Origin: Candidatus Doudnabacteria bacterium
GTDB taxonomy: Bacteria; Patescibacteriota; Doudnabacteria; UBA920
Assembly (NCBI GenBank): GCA_963768175.1
Contig: CAVYGQ010000001.1
Span: 702,305 to 766,304, forward strand
Direction: 5' to 3'
Length of the DNA stretch: 64,000 nt
Shown here in pieces: positions 36,270 to 45,712 of this stretch. Below the pieces are notes generated by a model. The model was not told where the DNA came from and made no database searches. It was given only the letters and a program-made list of their open reading frames with translations. Both the position numbers and the translations under genes were made by a program. The first letter of the stretch is position 1, and every line of letters begins with the position of its first letter.

Positions 36270-37352
36270 TTATTGCTGCTGTCCCAAAATTACCGGAATA
36301 TCCAGCTTCTGATTGTTGCGCAATACTTTTAAAGTAACCTGGCTTCCGGCCATAAATTTTCCAATCACGTCGTCCAGCGACTCGTTCTGGTTTAAAGTAA
36401 TATCGTTAACGCCCGTAATAATGTCGCCGGCCAGAAGTCCGGCTAAAGTAGCGGGCGTACCCTGTTTAACGGCTGTAATAAGCGCGCCGTTTTGTACGGA
36501 CAAATTCCGGGTAATTTGCACGGCTGGATCGATACTTATAAACATAACTCCTAGAAACGGGCGGGAGACTGTGCCAAAAGTTTTTAGCTGCTGCACCGCG
36601 TCCTTAATAGTGTTAACCGGTACCGCAAAACCCAAACCCGAACCTTCGGTGTCAATCAGCGTATTCATGCCCACAACCTGGCCAGCCAAATTAATTAGCG
36701 GGCCACCGGAATTGCCGGGATTGATTGCCGCGTCGGTCTGAATTAAATTATGGAGCCTGGGGGTGTCTTGGCTAACGTCAACGGCGCGGCCCAAACCCGA
36801 AACCACCCCGCGGGTAACGCTGTATTGATACTTGCCCAAAGAATTGCCGATGGCAAACACGGTTTGGCCGGTTTCCAAGGAATCGGAGTCGCCTAAATTA
36901 GCCGGGGTTAAATTATTGGCGTTAATTTGAAGCAGCGCGATGTCGTCAAATTTATCCAAATTTAAAACTTTGGCCGGGTATTCGCTGCCGTCACTCAAAA
37001 CCACCGTGTAACGCATGTTCGGGTCTTCCACGACATGGTTATTACTGACTATCATCCCGGTGGAGTCCAAAACAAATCCGGTACCCAAAACTTCATTTGG
37101 GGCGGCGGTAATAGTCGGGCTGCTTGAGCTGGCGGTACTTGACGCCTGGTTTTCAACGCCAATAATGTTGACCACCCAAGCCTTGGCCGTACGTACGGCC
37201 AAAATCCCCTGCTGCTCATCGGTTAAAACCGTAGCCGAAGCCGGCGGTTTGATTGCATTAAATTTAATGGTTTGGCTTAAGGCACTGCCGGTAGCCAGCA
37301 CCGCCGCGGTAACGACGGTGGTGATAATATATGAACGATATTTTTTTATCAT
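36270..37352 (-). CDS. htrA: HtrA/DegP-family serine protease (trypsin-like + PDZ)
   Basis: GNSGGPL active-site motif, C-terminal PDZ domain, N-terminal signal/anchor. Confidence 0.85.
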   Translation of the reverse strand: MIKKYRSYIITTVVTAAVLATGSALSQTIKFNAIKPPASATVLTDEQQGILAVRTAKAWVVNIIGVENQASSTASSSSPTITAAPNEVLGTGFVLDSTGMIVSNNHVVEDPNMRYTVVLSDGSEYPAKVLNLDKFDDIALLQINANNLTPANLGDSDSLETGQTVFAIGNSLGKYQYSVTRGVVSGLGRAVDVSQDTPRLHNLIQTDAAINPGNSGGPLINLAGQVVGMNTLIDTEGSGLGFAVPVNTIKDAVQQLKTFGTVSRPFLGVMFISIDPAVQITRNLSVQNGALITAVKQGTPATLAGLLAGDIITGVNDITLNQNESLDDVIGKFMAGSQVTLKVLRNNQKLDIPVILGQQQ

Positions 37353-37366
37353 TGGTTATTTATTAT

Positions 37367-37843
37367 TTACTCTATGCCTTGTTCTTTTAGGTCGCTTAAA
37401 ATCTGCTTGGTTGCCAGCAGCCAATTGGGATTGCAGGGCTTAACATATACTCCACACATTTGCTCCAGTGTCCAATCGCTGTATTTTTTGTCCAGCAGAC
37501 GGTTAAAATCCACCACCCAAGCGCTGTAGCTGGCATAACTGCGCCAAGAAGGGGCGCCAGGTTTTATCCCAATATTACTGCAGTTATTGTCCGCACAATT
37601 TTTGCCCATGGTGCTTTCGGCAAAAGCAATGGCTAATATCAGCTTCCAATGTTCCTGTTCGGCAATGGTCTCCGAGGCCTGGACCAAAGGTGAATGCATG
37701 TCGGTCAAAAATTTTTGCAGCTGGTTTTTCCGGCTGTTGATTATGTCGGGCTGAGATGCGCTTTGAAAATAACTCTGTAAATATTCAATCGGCGTATTAA
37801 ATAAAACATCGTTACTGACGTTTCCGCTGTTTTGTTCCTGCAA
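37367..37843 (-). CDS. Glucosaminidase/muramidase-domain protein (FlgJ-like). Possibly the C-terminal part of a frameshifted gene.
   Basis: AIAFAESTMG resembles the glucosaminidase-domain ESGWG motif. Overlaps the 37812-38255 ORF (different frame), which supplies a TM anchor. Confidence 0.4.
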   Translation of the reverse strand: MQEQNSGNVSNDVLFNTPIEYLQSYFQSASQPDIINSRKNQLQKFLTDMHSPLVQASETIAEQEHWKLILAIAFAESTMGKNCADNNCSNIGIKPGAPSWRSYASYSAWVVDFNRLLDKKYSDWTLEQMCGVYVKPCNPNWLLATKQILSDLKEQGIE

Positions 37844-38255
37844 ATCGGCGCCGGCTATCGGGGAACCCGAAGGGGCCGGACTGATCGCCGCTTGACTGGT
37901 CGGTAAAAGCTCCTAAAACCTGGGGCTGATTGTCAGCCACACTACTTCTGGTATAGAGCACCGACCACATGCCGAAAACAAAAGCAAGAATCAAGCCAAA
38001 CACCGCGGCCGCTATCGGAATTTTTTTTCCGCCATGGATTCTCCGGAGAAACAAAAATGGCGCGGCCTGTTTAGCCTTAGCCTTACCGGGAACCACAAAA
38101 AAAGGGCTTAAACCGATTTTAGCCGAAGTTTTTTTGAAGGGACGCCTAACTATGCTATCCACTCTTAGCGACCTTGACCTATAGGCCTTAGATTGCACGC
38201 GGATGCCGGCCTTTTTTGATTTTTTTATTCCGTCTACATTCCTGATATTTTTCAC
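37812..38255 (-). CDS. Hypothetical membrane-anchored N-terminal segment (may belong to the same gene as 37367-37843)
   Basis: 147 aa with one TM helix; 32-nt overlap with the downstream ORF. Confidence 0.3.
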   Translation of the reverse strand: MKNIRNVDGIKKSKKAGIRVQSKAYRSRSLRVDSIVRRPFKKTSAKIGLSPFFVVPGKAKAKQAAPFLFLRRIHGGKKIPIAAAVFGLILAFVFGMWSVLYTRSSVADNQPQVLGAFTDQSSGDQSGPFGFPDSRRRFAGTKQRKRQ

Positions 38256-38504
38256 TTAATTATTATAGCATTTCCTTAACAATAAAAAAACGCCGGACTG
38301 TCCGACGATTTTTTGGCTGCGCCATGAATCCAAAGCATTGTTGAGTGATTTATTGGCAGACCATCTCGGAATAGATGCCTGCCTGCCACAGGCAGGGAAA
38401 ACTTATCTGGCTTTGGTAAAGGAGATTTATCTTAGTCTCACCCTTATTCCATTCAACTAATAGCTTTTCCACTATCTGTAACTTCAAAAAATGCTATAAA
38501 ATTT

Positions 38505-39428
38505 TTACGATTTTTGCAAGGCTTCTAAATCCTTTACCGAGCTTGCCATTCGCTGAGCGAGGGGTTCAATCTTAACAATTAAGTACTTTATTAGATTGAA
38601 CATTTTTTGCAACTCATCTTTGGTCTCAATAAAAGCACTGTAATAAATATACATTTGTTGTCCGCTGAATTCAATAGAAAATTCTTTGTAATCATCTTTG
38701 GTTTTCCCCATAAAATCCGGGGTGAATATTTCCAAAGCCTCAATTTCAAATTCCTTTCTGGTGTAGAGTGTAAAATACTTATTATAATCGCCTTCTAGCT
38801 TAAGTATTTCTGAATCTGGGAAGTTTGGCCGCAAGTTGCTAAAAAATCTAATTCCCGCTACCAATAAAATCGGAGGCAGTGGGTTCGGACAAGGGACTTG
38901 GAAAATGGTATTATTATGCGTTTCGCTGGTTTTACCTCCGCCAGTTACATAGCTATAATTGAATAGAGCAAATTTATTGCCCTGGTATTCGCCTGTAATA
39001 AAATCCTGAACGGAGCGGCTGTGGCCAATATTAAAAACTGCACCGCTTAGCCCGTCCAGGCTAGAAATTTTTTGATAACCGTATCCGTTGGCGGCCGCAA
39101 ACTGTTGCATAAATTCATGATGGACCTTGCTGTGAACATAAACATATAAGCCAAGAAATATAAAAACAGGGGCAATAAAACCAAATGCTCTAGGGTCGTT
39201 GTTGTCAACAGGCGGAACCAAGACAAGCCAAAAGTAAATTAGGGTTTCCCAGGCTATTGTGGCCACAATTCCAGCCCATAATATTTTTTTTCGCTTTAAA
39301 AAAATTTCCTTAACGCTTTTGTTTACATCATCAATGCTTTCATCAAGCACCAAGCCCTGCTGGGCGTCTGTAGCCATACCGTTGTCTGGTGTCCCTAATG
39401 AAGGTTCTATGTTATTTGAATTTTCCAT
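38505..39428 (-). CDS. Hypothetical membrane protein
   Basis: 307 aa, N-terminal TM pair plus soluble domain. Confidence 0.5.
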   Translation of the reverse strand: MENSNNIEPSLGTPDNGMATDAQQGLVLDESIDDVNKSVKEIFLKRKKILWAGIVATIAWETLIYFWLVLVPPVDNNDPRAFGFIAPVFIFLGLYVYVHSKVHHEFMQQFAAANGYGYQKISSLDGLSGAVFNIGHSRSVQDFITGEYQGNKFALFNYSYVTGGGKTSETHNNTIFQVPCPNPLPPILLVAGIRFFSNLRPNFPDSEILKLEGDYNKYFTLYTRKEFEIEALEIFTPDFMGKTKDDYKEFSIEFSGQQMYIYYSAFIETKDELQKMFNLIKYLIVKIEPLAQRMASSVKDLEALQKS

Positions 39429-39485
39429 ATTTAAAAATATAATTTTTTGATAGCTTGGGAAGCTAATATTTTAAACTTTACAATA

Positions 39486-39866
39486 TTAAACAGACTGGGC
39501 TGGCGGCGTTGGTATTGGCACTGCTGTAAGCTCCTTTTTTGCTTTATGAAGATAATAAATTATAACCCCGCTTACCCCCATATAGAGCACCATCCAGACA
39601 TAGACTAGTTGCGTGAATAACGAAGTAATTATCGTATACAGCAAACCGAACCAGATGGTGTAATATACGAATTTATACGAAGTTTTTACAAGCGTATCTA
39701 ATTTAAAAGCGAAGTAAACGCACACTACGGCTAAAATTAAATTAACTACGAAAAGATACCTTAACGAACCCTTGTAATAAGATTGGCCAAGCACATCAAA
39801 GATTGTATCTGCATTTAGCAAAAACAATCCCCCCAGCCAGCCTTTTATAGTTGTTATTGATTTCAT
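39486..39866 (-). CDS. Hypothetical small membrane protein (4 TM)
   Basis: 126-aa hydrophobic ORF. Confidence 0.45.
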   Translation of the reverse strand: MKSITTIKGWLGGLFLLNADTIFDVLGQSYYKGSLRYLFVVNLILAVVCVYFAFKLDTLVKTSYKFVYYTIWFGLLYTIITSLFTQLVYVWMVLYMGVSGVIIYYLHKAKKELTAVPIPTPPAQSV

Positions 39867-39997
39867 TTGGTTTCTTGAGTGGTTTAATTATTTGCCCTAA
39901 TTATACACCTTTTTTGCTCATAAATAAAGGGGTAAAGTTTTCTTTCGCCGATAGGTCGTATTTTTGAAAGCTCAAAACCGCCCGTGAATAGGGCGGT

Positions 39998-40246
39998 TTA
40001 TAATTTTAAACTTTTAATCAAATTTTCTTTTCTTATGCGCGACCATTTTTTAACCTGGATTTCCCTGTGCCTGGCTTCGGTTAAAGTTAAGTAGGCTTCC
40101 ATATAAACCATCCTGCCGCCACCATGAATCTTTGTGTATCTGGCACCTCGGCTAGTATTATGCCGTTCCTCGCGTTGAGGCGGATGATTTGTGCTGCCTA
40201 CGTATAAAGCCCCGTCATTGCAAAGGAAAAGATAAAAATAGAACAT
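39998..40246 (-). CDS. GIY-YIG nuclease family protein (YhbQ/UPF0213-like), copy 1
   Basis: 82 aa. MFYFYLFLCNDGALYVGSTNHPPQREERHN...R.YTKIHGGG: GIY-YIG core (Y-x-G, R, E). Confidence 0.7.
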   Translation of the reverse strand: MFYFYLFLCNDGALYVGSTNHPPQREERHNTSRGARYTKIHGGGRMVYMEAYLTLTEARHREIQVKKWSRIRKENLIKSLKL

Positions 40247-40391
40247 GAGTATTTGCCTCTCAACTCGCTACGCTCGCTCGAGGCACTCTCCTCATTTTGA
40301 TGGTTAACTTGGTCAGAGGTTCAAACGTAGTGAGAACCGGAGACCACGAGCGAATTTTAAATTTATTTAAAATGAGTCGAGTGGTAGACCA
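40150..40391. repeat. Duplicated module copy 1 (5' part of GIY-YIG gene plus ~145-bp leader), near-identical to 44131-44371
   Basis: ~240 bp at ~97% identity to copy 2. Lower identity continues through the gene 3' half (39998-40150). Confidence 0.8.
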
Positions 40392-40486
40392 TCTCGAGAC
40401 AGGTGGAAAACTTATCTGGCTTTGGTAAGAGAAATTTATAATTTATTGGCAAATGGATGCTAGGCATTTTTTTGTTTTTTGAATCT

Positions 40487-41392
40487 TTATTTAGATTTTT
40501 GATAAGCCTGGACTATGTAGCTAGTGGTAGAGGTAAGTTTTTCTTGAGTGTAATCTTGAGAATTTTTGTGCCCGAGGATTTGTAATTTTGAGAAAAAAAA
40601 TTCATTTTGTAGCCGCATTTGCACATATTGTGAGGCAATGGAATCTATATTATCAGGCTGGTTTAAGCTAAATAATTGTTCCGGATCCCCGTTTTTCAAA
40701 ACTTTTATAGTTTGCTCGTCATGCGCTTCGGCATTGGCGGGTGTTAGGTAATGGGAAAAGTCCGTACTTTGAACCACTAACGAATTTTTATTTAAAACCC
40801 TTTCTAAAACCCCTACAATTTGCTCCAGCTCGGCTTTGGGCGTGGATTCCTTAAACGTAACGGCGATAATTTTGGCATTGGGAAAATAGTATTTTATAAA
40901 CGGAAGTTCGGCGCCCAACCCGTGTTCTCGGTAAAAAAAATCCTGGATGCTGACAAATGGCAGATTAAGTAGTTTTTGGACCGCCTGGTTGTCGCTGTTC
41001 AGCGTGCCAAAAACTGTAGAGAAACTACTTTGGGAAACAGAAATATCGGTCTGTCCCAAATTAAAATGGTCTGGGCTCATTAAAAGTATTTGACTTAGGC
41101 TGCTTGAAGCCGCAAACTTAAAAGCGCCAGCAATAAGGTCAATTGCCAATAAATGGTGCGGTACGGTAATGCCGGTCACTTTTTCTGTTGTGGGAGTAAC
41201 GGTGCTAAAGTTGATTGGGGTTAAAAACGTAGATTTGTCATCAAACTGCGGCGGCACGGTCATGGTCTGAAGAGGGCTTAACTCATTTATCTCTTGGCCT
41301 AGTGGCTTATTTTTCTCCCGCAGCCAAAACAAACCCGCCAGACCTGCAAGTAAAACCAAAAATATAATCAGTCCTAATTTAAATCTCATCAT
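40487..41392 (-). CDS. Memo1/AmmeMemoRadiSam system protein B family protein, membrane anchored
   Basis: ...GITVPHHLLAIDLIAG... and ...LLMSPDH..., His-rich Memo-like motifs. N-terminal TM. Confidence 0.5.
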   Translation of the reverse strand: MMRFKLGLIIFLVLLAGLAGLFWLREKNKPLGQEINELSPLQTMTVPPQFDDKSTFLTPINFSTVTPTTEKVTGITVPHHLLAIDLIAGAFKFAASSSLSQILLMSPDHFNLGQTDISVSQSSFSTVFGTLNSDNQAVQKLLNLPFVSIQDFFYREHGLGAELPFIKYYFPNAKIIAVTFKESTPKAELEQIVGVLERVLNKNSLVVQSTDFSHYLTPANAEAHDEQTIKVLKNGDPEQLFSLNQPDNIDSIASQYVQMRLQNEFFFSKLQILGHKNSQDYTQEKLTSTTSYIVQAYQKSK

Positions 41393-43845
41393 TTAGCTTG
41401 GAGGGGATTGTACCAAAAATTCTTTGCCGGCAGCTTATCCGTTTGGTCGTAAACCCACCCCTTCCAGTCATTATCGGTCAGCCGTTGCCCACCCAGCGAA
41501 TTGGTAAATTCGTACTGGTTATATACCAAGCCTGTTACCACTCTCGGCGTATTTTCATTATTAACAATCGCCAGCATCAAATAGGGTTGACCGTCGGCTT
41601 CGTAAAGAATTTGGTTCCTAACCGCGTCAGTGGCAATGTCGGCAATCAAAGCCACTTTACCTGTGTCCTGATCGGCCTGGGTGGCGCTGTCAAACGGCTG
41701 GACCATAAACGACAGCTGAGTGGTCCTTAACTTTTCGTAATCATCCTCGCTAATGGCTTTGCCCTGCATTTCCTGTTGGGCCATGGATGCGTAAAAATTG
41801 GTAATATCCTGAAAATTCTGCAGGCGGGCGGACACGTCGCTGTTGCTGAATAAATTATTTTGGCTAAAGACCTGTTTGGTCTGGCTAATAAGCTGACCAA
41901 AGCGGTTCCAAAAATCCAGATTCGGCTCCACAAAACCCTTAACCACCGGCGGCAAAGGCGGAGGTTCTTCACCGCCGCCGCCCAGTTCGGCGTAGCTCTG
42001 TTTGGCGTACAGCAGGGTGTCGTGTTTAAGTTCAGTGTAAGAGCCTAAAAAGGTCTGAATTTGTTTGTCCAAGAACGGAACCGCCTGCATATAGGCAGGA
42101 TAACTGGAATCGTAAGGGTGCGTTAAAGAGCCGAGCACATAAAGCCAAGCGCTGCCCATGGAAGCGAACCATTCGGATTGGGTAACCTTGCCGATGTCGG
42201 ACTGCTTTTGTCCAAGTTTGGTGAAAAAGCCTTGGACATCGCTGTCGCTAAAGCCCGCGTCTTTTTGCAGGAACTGCCCGGCGTATTTTTGCGCCTGCGC
42301 GTCGCCCAGCGCGGCCGGCACAAACAAAGCCGATGGGGTGGAAGGCAACTTAACATCAGTTTTTTCCTGGCCAGCGGTTAAATCGTTCAAAATCCAGGCG
42401 TCAAAGCTAAACCGTTGGCCAAAAATCCTAAAGGCCAAGGAGCTGCGCAATAAGTCGCTTTTGGTTTGAGAAGAAATATTATTATCCACGACCACGTCAG
42501 ACAAAATTTTTGGCAGCCGCACTTGGTTTAAGTTGTCCGCCAGTTTTTGGATGCCGGCTTGGGAAACCAAATCAGCGTCGCTGGGCTGGGCCGTGCCTAA
42601 AATATTAGTTTCAAAATCCCGCCATTCCTGGTAAGTTAAGTCGTCGCTTTGGCCAGCGTAAAAGGCCGTCACGGTCATAATTTTCTGCCAGGGATCAACC
42701 GGGGTCACGCCGGACTTGCTTTTAATCTGGAATTGTTTGGCCAATAAACTGGCGTCGGTTATGCCTACGTCTTGTTGCAAAAAATAGCTACTCCGGCCTA
42801 GGTACACCATAGTGCGGAAGTAGGCGCGCAAGGCGGAATTCTTTGTGTAGTGGCTGCGCGGGGTGAACTGGGTGTAATCGGTTTTCAGGGTGTCGGAATA
42901 TTGGCCGAACAAGGGCGACACGCCGACATCGCTGGCCTTGTAAATAGCCTGCAGTTCGATTTGAATGGCGCTAATAAGCTCCGGGGTTAAACCGGCCGTA
43001 TATTTTGCCAAAATTGTTTTGGCATTATCATAGCTATCAATAGTCTGGTCTTGCTGGTCATAGGCATTTTCCTGGTCCGGGGTGTCAAACGAGTCGGGCT
43101 TAGGGGAGTTTTTATTTTCAAACAAAACCCGGGCCACAGTAATCTGGGCGAGCAAATTTTGATAGCGCTGCTGGATGTAGCCGGCATTATTCTGCTCTGC
43201 CGCGAGCAGATTGCCAGAAAGGCTAGTTAAAAAATCACCCAGGGACTGCGCTAATTCCTTTTGCTCCAATTGCTCCAAAGTCATGTCAAAAAATTTGTGG
43301 TAAGTATGAAGGACAATATCCGGGGTGACCAGCTTGGTGTTTTCCGGCGCGCGATAGTACTTGTCGGAAGCCCCACCAATAGAGTCAAAATCGCTGAGCA
43401 TCTCGTCAAAATTATAGCCGTAGCCGGAAGCAAAGCCGGTATCGGCAGCGTCAACCAGCAAAAAATGATTGTCTTTCAAAAATTTTTGCTGGGCCGGCGA
43501 AAGGTTGAGGCCGTATTTTTTAGCAACAGCAACAAAGTTAGGGATGACTTTTAAAGCGTCGTCCACCGGGTACTGGGCAACTGTGGCAGAAGCTGACTCA
43601 GTGGTGTTGGTAGCCTGCTGGCTCGCTGGTGGTTGCTTTTGCTGTAGGGCAACGGGCCGGACCGGAACAAACTTAAAAACCAAAGCCACCCCGACTATCA
43701 AAACCAAAGCAGCCGCTGACGCAATACTATATATAGCGACCTTGCTTAATCGGCGCGGCGGCGGGTTCTGCGGCGGCATACTCGGGTAATCATTTTGCTG
43801 CGGCTGCTGCGAAGCGGGATTGAAATTTTGATTATTTGCTTCCAT
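41389..43845 (-). CDS. Large membrane-anchored extracytoplasmic protein, DUF3160-like
   Basis: 818 aa, Gln/Pro-rich N-terminus, one TM, large soluble domain. 4-nt overlap with the downstream Memo-like gene (operon). Confidence 0.45.
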   Translation of the reverse strand: MEANNQNFNPASQQPQQNDYPSMPPQNPPPRRLSKVAIYSIASAAALVLIVGVALVFKFVPVRPVALQQKQPPASQQATNTTESASATVAQYPVDDALKVIPNFVAVAKKYGLNLSPAQQKFLKDNHFLLVDAADTGFASGYGYNFDEMLSDFDSIGGASDKYYRAPENTKLVTPDIVLHTYHKFFDMTLEQLEQKELAQSLGDFLTSLSGNLLAAEQNNAGYIQQRYQNLLAQITVARVLFENKNSPKPDSFDTPDQENAYDQQDQTIDSYDNAKTILAKYTAGLTPELISAIQIELQAIYKASDVGVSPLFGQYSDTLKTDYTQFTPRSHYTKNSALRAYFRTMVYLGRSSYFLQQDVGITDASLLAKQFQIKSKSGVTPVDPWQKIMTVTAFYAGQSDDLTYQEWRDFETNILGTAQPSDADLVSQAGIQKLADNLNQVRLPKILSDVVVDNNISSQTKSDLLRSSLAFRIFGQRFSFDAWILNDLTAGQEKTDVKLPSTPSALFVPAALGDAQAQKYAGQFLQKDAGFSDSDVQGFFTKLGQKQSDIGKVTQSEWFASMGSAWLYVLGSLTHPYDSSYPAYMQAVPFLDKQIQTFLGSYTELKHDTLLYAKQSYAELGGGGEEPPPLPPVVKGFVEPNLDFWNRFGQLISQTKQVFSQNNLFSNSDVSARLQNFQDITNFYASMAQQEMQGKAISEDDYEKLRTTQLSFMVQPFDSATQADQDTGKVALIADIATDAVRNQILYEADGQPYLMLAIVNNENTPRVVTGLVYNQYEFTNSLGGQRLTDNDWKGWVYDQTDKLPAKNFWYNPLQAK

Positions 43846-43981
43846 AAAATTATATATTTCTTAATCTCCAATATTGTGAAAGGAGGTTAATTAGTCAGTT
43901 ACATTATACATCTATTTTAGCTATAAATAAAACAAAAAAGTTCTCCATTTGTCGCAATGGAAAATTCTTTAGAATCAATGT

Positions 43982-44230
43982 TTATGGTTTCAGTCCTTTT
44001 GTTAGACGCTCCTTTTTCATCCGTGACCACTTTTTGACTTGGGTTTCTCTTTGCATTGCTTCTGATCTGGTGGCGTAAGTTTCAGTATATACAATTTTTC
44101 CACCGCTGTGTATTTTAGTATATCTTGCACCACGGGCCGTATTATGCCGTTCCTCGCGTTGAGGCGGATGATTTGTGCTGCCTGCGTATAAAGCCCCGTC
44201 ATTGCAAAGGAAAAGATAAAAATAGAACAT
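43982..44230 (-). CDS. GIY-YIG nuclease family protein (YhbQ-like), copy 2
   Basis: 82 aa. N-terminal half identical to copy 1, C-terminal half diverged. Confidence 0.7.
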   Translation of the reverse strand: MFYFYLFLCNDGALYAGSTNHPPQREERHNTARGARYTKIHSGGKIVYTETYATRSEAMQRETQVKKWSRMKKERLTKGLKP

Positions 44231-44371
44231 GAGTATTTGCCTCTCGGCTCGCTACGCTCGCTCGAGGCACTCTCCTCATTTTGATGGTTAACTTGGTCAG
44301 AGGTTCAAACGTAGTGAGAACCGGAGACCACGAGCGAATTTTAAATTTATTTAAAATAAGTCGAGTGGTAG
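44131..44371. repeat. Duplicated module copy 2, ending exactly at the 3' CCA of tRNA-Glu
   Basis: The repeat ends ...gagtggta. The next base begins the tRNA (gcgcca...), so the repeat abuts the tRNA 3' end. Confidence 0.8.
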
Positions 44372-44440
44372 CGCCACGGAGAATCGGACTCCGATTCACA
44401 GCTTGAAAAGCTGTTGTCCTAACCATTAGACGATGGCGCC
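44366..44440 (-). tRNA. tRNA-Glu (anticodon TTC), CCA encoded
   Basis: GGCGCCA acceptor. D arm TCGTCTAATGGTTAGGACA. Anticodon stem ACAGC/GCTGT with loop TTTTCAA. T arm CGGAG-TCCGATT-CTCCG. TGGCGCT-A-CCA 3' end. Confidence 0.8.
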
Positions 44441-44576
44441 AAAATTTATTTTTTATCTTTTATCTTTAATTTTTTACTTACTTTTGGCAGTTTAGCATAA
44501 ATCCCCTATTTTTTCAAGAGCTTTTTCGGTCAAGTTTGTTGCCAACCAGCGCCAATTCTGGTAAATTTAACTCATT

Positions 44577-45665
44577 ATGAATAAAACAATTATTTTCTTC
44601 CTCGCCATTGCCCAATCCATACTTATTTTGTTAAACTTAATTGTCTATGGATTGCTCATTACTTTTTTCCCCTCCCTGGGAGCGCACAAAATGGCCCTGC
44701 TAATAATCCTGCTTTTGCTGGCAGTATCGTTTTTAGCCTTTTCGGTTCTAACATTTACCCGCGAAAACCCCGTTTTAAGAATAGGTTATATACTTTCTTC
44801 CATTTGGACGGTATCGGCTTTTTATTTTGTCTTAGCCTCGCTAATTACTCTTATAATATACCTGTTTTACCCGGTGAATTTATCCTGTTACGGGCTTGTT
44901 GCAATAACTGTAAGCGCGGGCTTAAGTGTTTATGGATTTATAAACGCACGCGCTACCAGACTTACGGAGATTAAAATAGCTTTGCCTAATCTGCCGGCCT
45001 TTTGGAAAGGCAAAAGCGCTATAATGGTTTCCGATTTACATTTAGGCCAAATTTTAAGAAAGGATTTTGCCGATAAAATTGTTGGTTTGATAAACCGCGA
45101 AAATCCGGAAATAGTTTTTATCCCCGGGGATTTTTACGACGGCGTGCATACCGACTTTCAAAATCTGGCCGACGGATTTAAAAAAATTAATGCCCCCCAA
45201 GGCATATATTTTTGCTCCGGCAACCACGAAATGTTCGCGGGTTACGGGCAATGCGAACGGGCTTTAAAAAATGCGGGAATAAAAATTTTGGAAAACCAAA
45301 AAGTTGAAATTAACGGCTTGCAGATTGCCGGCGTGGCTTATAAACACGACACTATGCCGGATCTGGCGCAAACCTTCAAGAATATAAATTTAGACAAAAC
45401 TAAACCAAGTATTTTACTAAAGCATGTGCCGCTCCAATTACAAGAAATCCAAGAGGCGGGTTTTAACCTGGTACTTTGCGGCCATTCCCACCACGGCCAA
45501 GTGTGGCCGGGCCGGCATATTACCAAACGCTATTTCAAAAATTTTGATTATGGTTTAAAAGCTTTCAAAAATTTGCAAGTTTACACCAGCAGTGGCGCGG
45601 GTACCTGGGGCCCGCCAATAAGAATATCCACCAAACCCGAAATTGTAAAAATAAATTTTGGGTAA
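44577..45665 (+). CDS. Membrane-anchored calcineurin-like metallophosphoesterase
   Basis: Several N-terminal TM helices. MPP motifs DLHLG, GDFYDG, GNHE, GHSH. Confidence 0.75.
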   Translation: MNKTIIFFLAIAQSILILLNLIVYGLLITFFPSLGAHKMALLIILLLLAVSFLAFSVLTFTRENPVLRIGYILSSIWTVSAFYFVLASLITLIIYLFYPVNLSCYGLVAITVSAGLSVYGFINARATRLTEIKIALPNLPAFWKGKSAIMVSDLHLGQILRKDFADKIVGLINRENPEIVFIPGDFYDGVHTDFQNLADGFKKINAPQGIYFCSGNHEMFAGYGQCERALKNAGIKILENQKVEINGLQIAGVAYKHDTMPDLAQTFKNINLDKTKPSILLKHVPLQLQEIQEAGFNLVLCGHSHHGQVWPGRHITKRYFKNFDYGLKAFKNLQVYTSSGAGTWGPPIRISTKPEIVKINFG

Positions 45666-45712
45666 TTTAAACCCCGCCCTTCGCGAAGGGCGAGGTAAAT
45701 AGCAATATATTT

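Noticed and set aside
38350-38385. Hairpin gcctgcctg-cca-caggcaggg that superficially resembles a tRNA-Trp (CCA) anticodon arm
   Set aside because: No cloverleaf can be built around it; G33 and C37 would violate near-universal tRNA loop rules. It is treated as a plain palindrome within the att-like remnant.
39998-44230. GIY-YIG genes as group I intron homing endonucleases within a tRNA or rRNA gene
   Set aside because: The proteins are 82-aa YhbQ-like stand-alone GIY-YIG domains with no DNA-binding extension. No intron core (P1-P9) or split host gene is evident; tRNA-Glu is intact beside copy 2.
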